A stretch of 64,000 nucleotides of DNA from Octopus vulgaris (GCA_951406725.2 OX597822.1:69812001-69876000), one strand, 5' to 3'. Positions 48,430-60,983 are shown, numbered from the stretch's first letter. A program made the numbers and translations. The notes: generated from the letters alone by a model not told the origin.

Positions 48430-49860
48430 GCAAACAACTATGAAAACTTCTACGTCAATGGGATCCAAGCACTGCAATACTGATGGAAGAAATGTGAGAA
48501 CCGCAAGGGAGATTATGATGAAAAATAAAATCTCATTTGGTCATATTCTGAGTGCCTTAGTCAGCTGATGAACTTTTCAGCCAACCTTCATAGAAGCCAA
48601 CGTGGAGTAATTCCTTCCTTCTCCACTAAATCACTGCTCTTTGTACAATCATTATTGCAAACCACACTTCCTAATCCTCTCCTAGACACAAATTTCTCAG
48701 CTCTAATCAATAGGCCATCTGTGCTATGCAGCATATACTCTATTCAGACTTCAGCCTGAAGAATGGAAATTACTCAAATGCCACCAGATGTTGCTCTCAC
48801 CTGGACATTAACTACAAAACTTCCAGTTACTCCAGCTCAAAGTCTTTCTCAAATACATTCGTTTCTACTGCTTCTTATATTGAGGATATCTAACTCACTC
48901 CACTTCCTTGCCACCTACTCATATGCCTATATAAAACCATCAAGATGGAAATATTATTCTCTAAAAACAAAATACTACATTTAAAAAGCCTCGATACAGT
49001 GTTATACCAAGTGGTAATGCTGGTGGTACTCTTGAATTTTTGTGATTTATTTTTGGCAAATATTTACCTTAGTTTGTTGATATTGAAGACAGATCCTCTC
49101 CATTGCTCCTAATTGAGAGTGATATCATTCAAGATAGTCTTTGGGCCTAATTTTCTTTCTATCAATGATATTAATTCAGTTATCAGATTAGCCCCATAAA
49201 ATTATATGCAGACAATGCTAAATTGTAAATTTTTAATCCTAAATATACTATAAATGATTATCTAAAAAATTCATTCAAAAATATTCAATGAGCTCCAGCA
49301 TGACTCAAAATTAGCATTTCCAAATATATTATATTTGATATATGACAATACTCAAAAACAGTAAGGTGGTTCCATTCCTATTTCTTCAGTTTCTACAATT
49401 AGGAAGTTTGGAATAAATTTACTAATTATTTAAATTTTAACGCTTATTACCAAGTAATTTCTAAAAGCTGGTCTATATCTGCAATAATTTTCAGTTTGTT
49501 AAATAATGACAAAATCCTTATTTCATATGTATAAAACTTAAGTCAGATATAAATTAGAATAAACATTTCTAACATTTGGAACTCCTTTTATATTCAAAAT
49601 ACAAATAGAACATGTTCAGAAACATCTTATCTGATGGATACCTGGGATATATACATCTTTTGTATCCAGAGTATCTGATTGAGCTCATATCACTGTGTTG
49701 AAAATACTGATATTACTAACTCCTTTAACAGATCCAACCAACGAACTAGCCACCATATTCGTCTTCTACCTAGATGCAATAAAAAGAACTCAACTACACT
49801 TTTTCTCAAGTCATTCCCCTCAGATTTTAAGAGTAGTTTCTTTAGATTTGTCAAATTCTT
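48430..49860 (+). mobile_element. Highly decayed CR1/L2-like LINE
   Basis: RT remnants near 49125-49225 (IQDSL.GP...INDI, KLYADNAKL) and downstream EHVQKH...WIPG. Confidence 0.5.
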
Positions 49861-49864
49861 TAAG

Positions 49865-50123
49865 GCAGGGGTCCCCAAACCCTGATCCAAGGATCATTTG
49901 ATACTGAGCAACACAAAAAGAATAATTTTAAAATTTCATTTCTATTTTATTAACTATCACAGTCTGCAGGGTGTTTTCATGTTATATATGTATTATATGC
50001 ATAATAATTAAATTATATATTTTGCACTTTATTGTGTTTTGTTATGCATGTATTTTCTTAGTCCTTAGGAAAATTGTCTTGCGTGAAACTGGTCTGTGAC
50101 ACAAAAACTGCTAGGGACCACTA
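49865..50123. mobile_element. hAT-like MITE
   Basis: caggggtccccaaacc ... tagggaccact termini. Confidence 0.5.
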
Positions 50124-51311
50124 ACTTTAAGGGAATGGCCCAAATTGGTCAATCAGCTACAATCATTGCTGGCCTAATCAAAATTTAAAAAAAAACACAT
50201 AATAATGTTTACTATATAGAAATTGTGTAATTTTGTAAAATCTATATTAAGTTTATGGTAAAATTGTTCACTTCTAGGTATTAAGTGAGAGCAAAAGAAC
50301 AACATCTATGTCCCATAGCATCAAGAAATGATAAGCATCAAGGTTATGTCCATTTTCCATGAGCTATGCTGGACTAGCCATATTCAAAAGATGGACAATA
50401 GATGACTGCCAAAGATCATCTTTTATTTTGTAGTATTGACAGGAAAATGTCATCATGGCAGACTCCTGACTGAGGTTCAGAACTGTCTTGAAGCGAAATC
50501 TCATATTCAAGAACATCCAACTAAAGGAGTTGGAAACTGCTACAAAGAATAGAGAGCAATGATAAAATCTGTCATCTTGTCTGTTGTCTGGAGTTCTTTG
50601 AGTAAAAAAAGAAATGACTATTAACCCTAGAAACGACAGATGAGAGAAATAATAATAAAAGACGACCAACGATTCAATGCAGAATATGTTATGGAATGTT
50701 TTGATCAAATCTGAATCTCCACAGTCATCTGTTCTCTTGCATGTGTTTTCTGACTTTTCTTGAAACTATAATGGGAAAATTACTTAAGAAAAGCAAAGAT
50801 GTTCCTTCTGGTGTACTGAAATGGTAGAATATTTCTGTAAAGAAATAGTGACATAATAAAATTATAACTACTTGTGTATCAATGCATACGCGGATGAGCA
50901 GATTGATTCTACTTGTAAAACCTGTATTTTAAATTTTTATGTGGGAAAGTAATGCAATGAATGCATTAATAGAATAAAATGGTTCAAAGTTTGAAGGTAA
51001 ATAAACACAACTTCCTTGAAGAAACAAAACCCAATTGTCTGAAAGTTATTATGTAATTTTAATTATGCTTCATTTTCTGCAGGTCACTGAGGTTAAAAGT
51101 ATATTTTTAAAAACTACAGAACAAGGTACATGAATAGATATGAAATATCTTAGCTAATCAAATCAGCTCAAAGTATTTCGTAGGTGGAAGACCAATGACT
51201 ACTTTCTGACCAGTCATAACAATCAACTGAGAAAAATACACACACACACACGAGTAAGGACAAGGTGAAAAATTAGTACTTGAATACTGAAGATTGAGTC
51301 ATATGCTTTTA

Positions 51312-51877
51312 TTGGGTTGTCCGGAAAGTTTGTGCCGATTTATAGTAGCTTACCTTTCCACTTATTTTAGAACATGGTTGAGTCCATAAAATAGGATTTG
51401 ACTACACCTCCATTTAGAGCACAGTTTAAGCTAACTTTTCGTGGAAGAAGGTTTATGTTCCTACAACCTGTGTTAATTCTGTAACCCTTTAAAATGGAAG
51501 ATAAAAAAGTTCGTTTTCGGCACTTGATGCTTTGGGAACCAGACAAAAATTGCTGCAGCTCGGCTGGGATATGTTACCCCCACCCTTCATATTCACCAGA
51601 TATTGCTCCTTCAGATTTCCACTTATTCAGGTCTCTGCAGAATAGTCTTTATGGTAAACATTTCAATTCCTTGGATGATGTAAAAAGATACCTTGATGAA
51701 TTCTTTGCCATGAAACCACATCAATTCTGGGAAGAGAGTATTTTCAAGTTAAAGGAAAGATGGAGACGCATTGTGCAACAAAATGTTTCATATTTGGTTG
51801 ATTAAAAATGTAATGGCAAGTATTTATTGACCTTTTTCTTTCCTTTAAAATCAGCATGAACATTCTGGACAACCCAA
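51312..51877 (+). mobile_element. Internally deleted mariner with both TIRs
   Basis: TA|ttgggttgtccggaaagtttgtgccgattt ... aaatcagcatgaacattctggacaacccaa|TA. The N-terminus MEDKKVRFRHLMLWE is fused to HPSYSPDIAPSDFHLFRSLQN. Confidence 0.92.
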
Positions 51878-51944
51878 TATTAAAGCTGCAAAAATTTTCG
51901 CAAACAGTTTGGGAAGATTTTTGTAGCTTTAATAAAGGTATATG

Positions 51945-51987
<43 letters not shown>

Positions 51988-52084
51988 AGTGAATCATAAA
52001 TCTGAAAGAGAAGCCCACACTAAGTTATAGAGCAATAGAGTAATTAGATAAAAATAGTTATGGTCAGTCCCAGTCTATATAATG

Positions 52085-52894
52085 AGGGTGCAGCGGGTAA
52101 ATTGTCGCCATTGTCAACTACAAAATATAATAGGGTCAGTTGGACATCGTCTGTGCGAAAAACAGCACTATGACACATTTCACTCTGCCAGAAATTTGGA
52201 AACAACATGCTGTATTGCTTGGCATTTGCACTGGAAGCTCCAATACAAACATTTCAGAGTGTTTGAGTGTCAATCTGAGGACGTGTACCGAGAGTGATAA
52301 AAATCAGACATCCACTCAACATCATGGTGTTTGTAGTGATCACTAGTGATAGTGATTCATTTTCCCACATGGTCTAAGACTCAAAACAGAGGCCTACATC
52401 AAGTGCCTGCAGGAAATAGTCCTGCCCTGTGTCAAGTGGTTGGCTGCTGGAAGACCCTATGTCTAGAAACAGGACTCTGCACCATGTCACACAAGCAGGA
52501 GAACCCAGTCATGGCTGTCAGACAATTTCTGCAATCACATTACCCCTAACATCTGGCCACCTAACTCCCCAGACTTCCGCCCCTTGATTATTATGTGTGG
52601 GGTGCAGTTGAACAAGAGACTAACAAAACTCCTTGTAAAATCAAAGATGAACTGAACACAAGGATTATGGCAGCTTACACCAACTTAAACAAGGCGACTG
52701 TCCAGAAGAGATGCAGGGGATTCTGAAGGTGTTTCGAGGCCATTGTTGAAGCCAGTGGTGATTTTATTAAATAAATTTACGCCTTAGTATTTCAAGATAT
52801 TTTTAAGCAATTTTAATAAAAATATTTCTGTTAAAATGAGATGTCAGTGTCATTTTCATTTTTGCATAGACAACAATATATTCACCACACCCTG
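52085..52894 (+). mobile_element. DD37D (maT-type) transposon remnant, same family as 1071-1951
   Basis: Contains ...QDSAPCHTSRRTQSWLSDNFCNHITPNIWPPNSPD..PLDYYVWG and ends accacaccctg|TA. Confidence 0.82.
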
Positions 52895-53544
52895 TATATA
52901 TATATATATATATATTCACCACACCCTGTATATATATGTTGGGCCTCGTGGAGGCAATGACCAAGACCTTAGGCATTATGTGTGCTTGAGAAGAAGACTT
53001 GTCAAGCCAAGCAAAATCACAGTCTTGGCAGATACTGGTGTCATGCTAATTGGTACCCATGCTGGTGGCATGGAAATGCACCCCAGTGTCATGCAAATGG
53101 CACGTAAAAGCACCCATTACACTCTCAGAGTGGTTGGCATTAGGAAGGGTATCCATCCATAGAAAACCATGCTAAATCAGTCTGGAGTCTGAAGCAGCCT
53201 TCCAGCTAACCAGTTCCAGTCAAACCATCTAACCCATGCCAGCATGGTCCATGGATATTGAATGATGATGGTGATGATATATATTAACAAACACTCCATG
53301 AATGATTGAATAAATAAACACCACCATTAATGCCTTTTAAACTGTAGACTATTTTCTCTCTATAAGAATTGTCTAACTTAGTAATATTTATAATTTATTT
53401 TTCTCTGGTTATACGATACTGACGATTCCAAATGAGGATGAACTGGCACCATACATGGCTACCAATGACAGAAAACTTTTAGACCTTTATAATATATGAG
53501 AAAAAGAAACATTAAATATTCTGTGCACCTTTTTCTTTACACAG

Positions 53545-53588
53545 ACACCTGATGAAGGCTCGAGGGTATATCAGCCAAAATGTTGTGT
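53545..53588 (+). ncRNA. Degenerate minimal hammerhead motif
   Basis: ACAC-CTGATGA-A-GGCT-cgagggtatatc-AGCC-AAAAT-GTT-GTGT. Two CpG transitions would restore GAAACGTT. Confidence 0.6.
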
Positions 53589-53641
53589 TAACAACAAACA
53601 AGATGAGAACAATTGCAGCGTGGAAGGTGTTTGTAAGCTGT

Positions 53642-53816
53642 TTAAGAAACACACAAAAGCCGTTCGATTCACTTCAACATTTAAGTTTAATTTGTCAAAA
53701 TATTTTCATCGCTAAAATCCACGACGTGTCAGGTCGCGGATTTTAGCGACGAAAATATTTTGACAAATTAAACTTAAATGTTGAAGTGAATTGAACGGCT
53801 TTTGTGTGTTTCTTAA
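53642..53816. repeat. Near-perfect ~175-bp hairpin
   Basis: ttaagaaacacacaaaagccgttc...tcgctaaaatccacgac-(gtgtcag)-gtcgcggattttagcga...gaacggcttttgtgtgtttcttaa. A single-arm relative lies at 12240-12330. Confidence 0.92.
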
Positions 53817-54164
53817 GATGAGAACAAATATCTGTCAAATGTAAATAATGTAAATAATGATCATATAATTTATACTTAGAAACTATGGTTAACAACCATA
53901 TGATAGAATATATGAAGGAAATTGAAATGTTTTCTTATTAAACATGGGAGACATGTGATCAAGAAATTTGTGAAGCCTGGCAAAATACTGGAACAGCAGA
54001 AGTAGTGCAAAGAAACATTATGCAGAAGACATACATTCTTTCAAAAAAATTGAAATTGGAAAGGAAAATAGATATTTTATTATGTTTCCATATGAATTTA
54101 CATCATGTAAAAATCTTAACTGTGAATGTAGAATAACAACAAAGGTTGTGGTTAATTAATGAAA

Positions 54165-54636
54165 TGTTGCCAGTGCTGCTGCGAGGTCGTTGCCAGTGCC
54201 ACTGCGAGGTCATTGCCAGTGCTGCTGTGAGGTCGTTGCCAGTGCTGCTGCGAAGTCGTTGCCAGTGCTGCTGCAAGGTCGTTGCCAGTGCTGCTGCGAG
54301 GTCGTTGCCAGTGCTGCTGCAAGGTCATTGCCAGTGCCGCTACGAGGTCGTTGCCAGTGCCACTAGACTGGCTCCTGTGCAGGTGGCACATAAAAAGCAC
54401 CATCTGAGCATGACCATTGCCAGTACCGCCTGACTGGCCGCCATGCCGGTGGCACGTAAAAGTATCCACTACACTCTCGGAGTGGTTGGCGTTAGGAAGG
54501 GCATCCAGCTGTAGAAACTCTGCCAGATCAGATTGGAGTCTGGTGTAGCCATCTGGTTTGCCAGACCTCAGTCAAATCATCCAACCCATGCTAGCATGGA
54601 AAGTGGATGTTAAACGACGACGACGATGATGATGAT
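54165..54636 (+). mobile_element. RTE 3'UTR copy headed by a 23-bp tandem array
   Basis: About 8-9 copies of ggtcgttgccagtgctgctgcga (54165-54362), followed by the standard 3'UTR and a (GAT)n tail. Confidence 0.85.
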
Positions 54637-57480
54637 TTGTGACACACTGACTGAGTTATATTGCAAATATGGCTAGACTTGGAAATGTTAGTCATAATGT
54701 AGAAACACACGAATCAGGTCTTAAACCAGCTAAAATATCATTATTTGATTATACAATCATTATTGATGATCATTACAAAGTATTTTCTTGCTCTTCCTGA
54801 CAGAGTTAAATATCTACATTAAATAAATAATAAATGCGCCCTTTTAAAGCCTAGCCAGGCTCATGGGCCTGGTTTCCCATTTTCAATGGTGTATGCGTTC
54901 TCCAGCTGGATGGGACGCCAGGCCATCTCAGCGTTACTCATTTTTGCCAGCTGAGTGGACTGGAGCAACGTGAAATGAAGTGTTTTGCTCAAGAACACAA
55001 TGCGTCGCCCAGTCCAGGAATCGAAACCACAATCTTACTATCATGATGCTGACACCCTAACCACTAAGTCACACGCCTCCACAAATATCTACATTACTTG
55101 TAAAAATTCAGGATTTCATTTTTCAAGAAACAACAATAATACACGATATGTAGTTTGTATATAATACTCTTAACATGATAGAGTGCAATCATTTATGTTT
55201 TAATCATTCAATTCATCACCAGCAGCATTTAATATTTATGTTCTATGCAAATATGGGTTGGACAGTTTGTCAGGATCCAATGGGCCCAAGGACTGCATTG
55301 CACTCCAGTGTCCAGTTTGGTATGGTTTCTATAACTGGATGCGCTTCCCAAGGCCATTCATCTTACAGCATGTGCTGGGTACTTTATCTGTGCCACCAGC
55401 ACCAGTGAGGATATGAAACAGCTTGCAAGACTACAAATCACAAGAAGAGGTAACTTTATGCAAGGAGATAAGGACTAGAGCAGGCTAAAGTATGAGAGAA
55501 AAGGGCCTGAGCAGAATGGGTTTCATTTCCATTTGTTAATCTTGAATCCTGTTTAACCACACCATAATGCTGAGAAGCAATGGAAACATAAAATATGGAA
55601 TAAAAGAATATGGAATACATTGAGGTTTGTTAGGCATAACTCACTGAGTCAAGAGGAAAATGTTTTGCAAATACAATTATTATATCTTTGTGTGAAAACA
55701 TCTAAACTGTCTCAAATTTATACATGAAAATTGTATTTCATAAATAAAAGATGAACTTGAATATTTTTTATGATAAATAAATATATATTTCAGATTTGTT
55801 TTATTTTCATTTATTTTGTTTCCTTTGGAAATGTCGAGTAATTCTGAAAAAGCAATATAACAATGCCAACTAATTTTTTTAAAAATTAAAAGAATTTCAT
55901 AAAATTCCAAAAATAGATCATCATTCAAATATATCTCAAGTGGCTAATTGAATGGAATTCCACAGTTAACTAACTTCATTGAATGTTCACAATATAAGGT
56001 CAAAAGCCTGGATACAAGCTAGTGAAATGGAAGTTTAAGTGCTTGAAGAATCAATAATTATCCAAGCACAAATTTTAATTAAAATACAACTATGCAAGAC
56101 ATTTGATTAAATTCAGTAAAATATTAAATATATACTTTAAATTTTGAATACTCAAAATTCTAATTTTTACAGGAAATAAATTTCAGAAAAAAGTCTTCAC
56201 TTTATATCATTAAACCCATAATTCAAAGGTGGTTCATTGGTGGAATCGTTAGCAAGTCGGACTAAATGTTTCGCGGTATTTCTTCAAGCTTTACTTTTCT
56301 GCATTAGAATTCCGCAATCGACTTTTCCTTTTATCCTTTTGAGGGTTGGTAACCAGTCGAGAACAGAAAAAATTTCAGACTTTGTGCCTATAGTAGAAAG
56401 AATTTTAAATCCACGAACTGCATGTAGAACCTATAAAAGTGTTAAACATTTAAAAAATGTCCTGTTGAGAAAATATTAAAAAATAAGTCAACAACCTGTC
56501 ATTTTCAGATCCTGTACTACGAAATAATAAACTGCAGTGATTAGTCACAAATATCTACAAACATTATTCTCTCTCTCTTATTTTCTTAGTTGTTTCAGTT
56601 ATTTGAATGTGGCCATGTTGGAGCACCGCCTTTAATCGAGCAAATCGACCCCAGAGCTTATTCTTTGTAAGCCTAGTACTTATTCTATCGGTCTCTTTTT
56701 CTGAACTGCTAAGTTACGAGGATGTAAACACACAAGCATCAGTTGTCAAGCGATGATGAGGGGACAAATACATACACACACATACATATATATGTATATA
56801 TACATATACGATGGGCATATTCCAGTTTCTGTCTACCAAATCCACTCACAAGGCTTTGGTCGGCCTGAGGCTATAGTAGAAGACACTTGCCAAAAGTGCC
56901 ACGCAGTAGGACTGAACCCAGGACCATGCGGTTGGTAAGCAAGCTACTTACCACACAGCCACTCCTACGCCTATAGCTACTTACCAAACAGCCACTCCTG
57001 CACCTTGGAACTATACATAATTCTATTGTTAACACATGAGTAATTTTTTAAAAAAGAAAATCGTTCTTTCAAATTGAAGGTGTAGTGACATATTTCAATA
57101 GATTTCTGTGTTGTTGGGAAGGTTATTCCTGAGTTTTTATTCAGTAACATAATCAGTAACCAAAGTATAACTACTTTAATCCTGTTTTCTCCAGTTTTGG
57201 CCTGTTTCCAGGATCTGTGAACTTTGACCCAGTGTCTAAACTGAATACAGATATGCAAAGACATGAGATATATTACACCATATCTGGTGATGGACGCAAT
57301 CAAAAAGAGAAAGGGTAATGCTGAGGAAAACTGGCAAAGGGGCCAGTTTCATGGCCTTGACATGACCTTAACTTCTGAACCTTGTACTCTTTGGTCAATA
57401 ACATCACACACACACAATGTGTGTGTGTGTATATATAACAATACTGTTGTAAGTTGTAAGGTACCGCATGAGTGGAATTA

Positions 57481-57718
57481 TATATAAAAGAAGGTTTGAA
57501 AATGCAATTTTAAAAGATGTTTTCCCAAGATTTTTCCTTGTAAACTGTTTTTAACAAGTTATTATTATCAAAGAATGTATATATGTATTGTAATATTTTG
57601 TGACAACCAGTACTTAACACAATAAAGCTTTTACATGTTACTTTTGACAATCTTTTTCTAAAAAAGTGAAACCGGTCAAGTGAATAAACATCTTTTAAAA
57701 TTGCATTTTCAAACCTTC

Positions 57719-57727
<9 letters not shown>
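57481..57727 (+). repeat. Inverted-repeat element (~40-bp arms) with a degenerate hammerhead
   Basis: aaagaaggtttgaaaatgcaattttaaaagatgttt with its inverse at 57686-57721. Positions 57640-57681 read ACTT-TTGACAA-TCTTTT-tcta-AAAAGT-GAAAC-CG-GTC-AAGT. Confidence 0.75.
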
Positions 57728-57749
<22 letters not shown>

Positions 57750-57755
<6 letters not shown>

Positions 57756-58095
57756 TAATAAATATTAGGGAATAATCCAAACTTACAGGGAAAATCATTT
57801 AGGATTGAATACAATTTTATAATATATATTATATTAAATTAGAATATGGATTTTCTACCTTATAAATTAAAGTTAATATTTAACATTATAGTCGATTTCG
57901 ATATAATCATATTTAATAATAGAGTTTATTATAAGTAAATTATTATTTTAGATTATATAGATTATTTATATCTTAAAAATATTGATTATATTTTAGATTT
58001 TGAAACCACCTGATGAATGTCTGCTACTCAAAAATTTGATGACAGAAGACAGGAAACGATCGTAGTGGATATTAATTATATTTAATAAGGAGTTT
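57750..58095 (+). mobile_element. AT-rich TA-adjacent element carrying a hammerhead (inverted relative at 60415-60900)
   Basis: 57751-57808 is the reverse complement of 60842-60900, and 57931-58016 is the reverse complement of 60416-60501. Confidence 0.75.
58006..58068 (+). ncRNA. Type I hammerhead ribozyme motif, near-intact
   Basis: CCAC-CUGAUGA-(A)UGUCU-24-nt loop-AGACA(G)-GAAAC-GAUC-GUA^-GUGG. Stem III is the palindrome ACGAUCGU. There is an A.G mismatch at the base of stem II. Confidence 0.8.
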
Positions 58096-58247
58096 GGAGA
58101 CTTATACATCCACTATTTTTATTTTACAGTTATATACAGCATATTACAATGACCTGCATGTTTTTCCCCTACAGCAACTGCACATTGTTGTAGATGCAAC
58201 CTGTCAATATTGTCAGTGCACTATTAATATTATTATAAACTCTAGGG

Positions 58248-58890
58248 CAGTGCTACTCAAAGTGGTGGTCTGCGGACTGGTGCCGGTCCGTGAGCCATCA
58301 GCTGCCCGTACATGGCAAGTTTCCAGAAAAGAAAGAAACATTATAAAATGCTTATGTAATATTGTATTATTTGTTTACAAAATAAATATAAGATAAAAAG
58401 AATTGTTAACTTTTCTTATATTCATTATATATATCTCCCCTTTTTGGAAACTTAAGTATACAGAATGTTTGTGTCACGTAGCCAACTAGAAACGGTGTTT
58501 CTTGGGGCTAAAAAACAGTAAAATTCTTCGTTTTCCTGGAACTGCTACATTAAGTTGGTAACAAGCCATCACATTATATATATTGTTTCCAGTATAAATT
58601 AATATACTGTAAACAATATTTCATCTGCCCCTACGTTTTGAGTTCAAATTTCGCCGAAGTCAACTTTGCCTTTCATCCTTTCGGGGTTGATTAAATAAGT
58701 ACCAGTTACTGGGGTCGATATAATTGACTTAATCCATTTGTCTGTCCTTGTTTGTCCTCTCTATGTTTAGCCCCTTGTGGGTAGTAAAGAAATAAGTATA
58801 AATTAATATTACTAAGAAATATTACCAGTCCCTGGCACATTGGAAAAAAAAACTGCTGATATGCCACATCAGATAGTTTAAGAAGCACTG
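58248..58890. mobile_element. hAT (Charlie/Buster-type) non-autonomous element with a nested SINE
   Basis: CAGTGCTACTCAAA ... TTAAGAAGCACTG termini with a perfect 8-bp TSD CTCTAGGG (58240-58247, 58891-58898). Confidence 0.85.
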
Positions 58891-60134
58891 CTCTAGGGAA
58901 CCTTCACAGGCCTGAGTAGGACACACAGAATTACTCAACAGGAGAATTTACGAGTGACTAACAACTCACTGTAAGCACTAGTATTGGATACTGACCGTTG
59001 TGGTCAGCTAGCATCTGGAACCAAACAGAGAACTAACATGGTATTCACCTGGACAATATATCCCTACAAACTCAGCACCATTCGAGTGTGATCGTTACCA
59101 GCATCGCCTTACTGGCACTTGTGCCTGTGCTAGTAGGGTGCCAAGAGCACCATCTGAGCATGATCGTTGCCAGACGGCTATCTTGCTTCCATGTCAGTGG
59201 CACGTAAAAGGCACTATTCACGCGTGATCGTTACCAGCGTCGCCTTACTGGCACCTGTGCCGGTAGCATGTGTAAAAAGATTCAAGCAAAGTTGTTGCCA
59301 GTACTACCTGACTGGCCCCGTGCTGGTGGCATGTAAAAAGCACCCACTACACTCTCGGAGTGGTTGGCATTAGGAAGGGCATCCACCTGTAGAAACACTG
59401 CCAGATCAAGATTGGGGCCTGGTGCAGCCATCTGTCAGTCAAAATCGTCCAATCCATGCTAGCACGGAAAGTGGATGTTAAACAATGATGTATGATGATG
59501 ACGATGATGTATGAGTGTGTGTGTGTATGTATGTGTGCGTGCATACACACACAAATACATATAGGTATATATGTTTACACACATGCACACATAAATACAC
59601 ATGCAGGTACAACATCGATTTTGTGGAACCTTAGGGTCCAAAGCCTTTCTGGATTACTGTTAGCCAGTGGTGGTCACCCTGGCTAACACATTCTAAATTA
59701 AACAAATATTAAATTTACTTAAATAATTAAATGAAGTACAAATACAATAGTACAATGGTATAGATTATACAAGTTTATTAATACTGTAATATGCAAGGTA
59801 CTAGTTTGTGCAACCTACTAGTAAAATAGTCTGGCGGCCACAGGAATTTGAAGTTCTTGTTTGAAAATTAGTGTAGATTATAAGAGGTTCTGGACCATCA
59901 GTCACCAGAAAGTCTGTGTTGTACCTGTATATACAAATACATACACACACCCATATACGCAGTAAAGTGTCAAAATACGTGAGTTATAGATGCCATGTTA
60001 AAATGGCATAAAAAAGAGTCAGGTTATAGCATGATAAGAAGAGCCACAAATAGTTGAAATGAAGAGTGAAAACAAGCTGATGGTTATTTCAAAACAATTC
60101 ATTGTGTACGTTTAAATTATACTATATAGATCAG

Positions 60135-60225
60135 ATGGTGGTGGTGGTGGCGGCGGCAGTGGCAGTGGTGGTGGTGGCGATGGTGGTGGCGGCGGTGATG
60201 GTGGCGGTGGTGGTGGTGGTGCTGA
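60135..60225. repeat. (GGT/GGC)n triplet repeat
   Basis: Directly visible. Confidence 0.9.
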
Positions 60226-60414
60226 TGAAAAATGAAGTTCTTCAAAAGATTATTGAAACGTTTGTAATGAACAGTTTGAAATATCATTAACTTGTATTCA
60301 TTTCAAACATACATACATACACACATATATACATATATATATATATATATATAATAAGATATATATATATATATATATATATTATTTAGATATGTAACAT
60401 CATCATCATCAAAT

Positions 60415-60896
60415 CATCATCAGGTGGTTTCAAAATCTAAAATATAATCAATATTTTTAAGATATAAATAATCTTATAATCTAAAATAATAATTTACTTA
60501 TGCGAAATACTATAATGCTTTATTTATAAGGTAGAAAATCCATATTCTAATATCCATATTATTCTATATCTAATTATATAGATATTTAAAATGACTGATA
60601 TATATAAATTATCAATGAAAATATATATAAATATTATAATCAAGATCTAAAATAATCTCTATAAACAATTGTATATAATGGATGAAATCTGGTAAAATAC
60701 TTATAGAAGTAATATAGTATTAAATAAATACTATAAGTACTATAAACATAATTATGAATGGGAATAATTATCTAATATAGGTTTCTGTCTTCTGTCATCA
60801 AATTTTTGAGTAGCAGGCCCAGATATAAATAATCTGATCTGGCAATCCTAAATCTGATTTTCCCTGTAAGTTTGGATTTATTCCTAATATTTATTA

Positions 60897-60900
<4 letters not shown>
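60415..60900 (-). mobile_element. Rearranged inverted relative of 57750-58095
   Basis: Shared blocks include the hammerhead halves: CCACCTGATGA at 60416-60426 (-) and the stem II/GAAAC block at 60781-60816 (-). Flanked by (TA)n. Confidence 0.7.
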
Positions 60901-60932
<32 letters not shown>

Positions 60933-60943
60933 TTAGTAATATA

Positions 60944-60983
<40 letters not shown>

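Noticed and set aside
54165-54362. CRISPR-like array
   Set aside because: The 23-bp units are contiguous with no unique spacers, there are no cas genes, and the array is part of a LINE 3'UTR in eukaryotic DNA.
60102-60290. Val/Ala-rich ORF as a membrane peptide
   Set aside because: It is the translation of a (GGT/GGC)n repeat.
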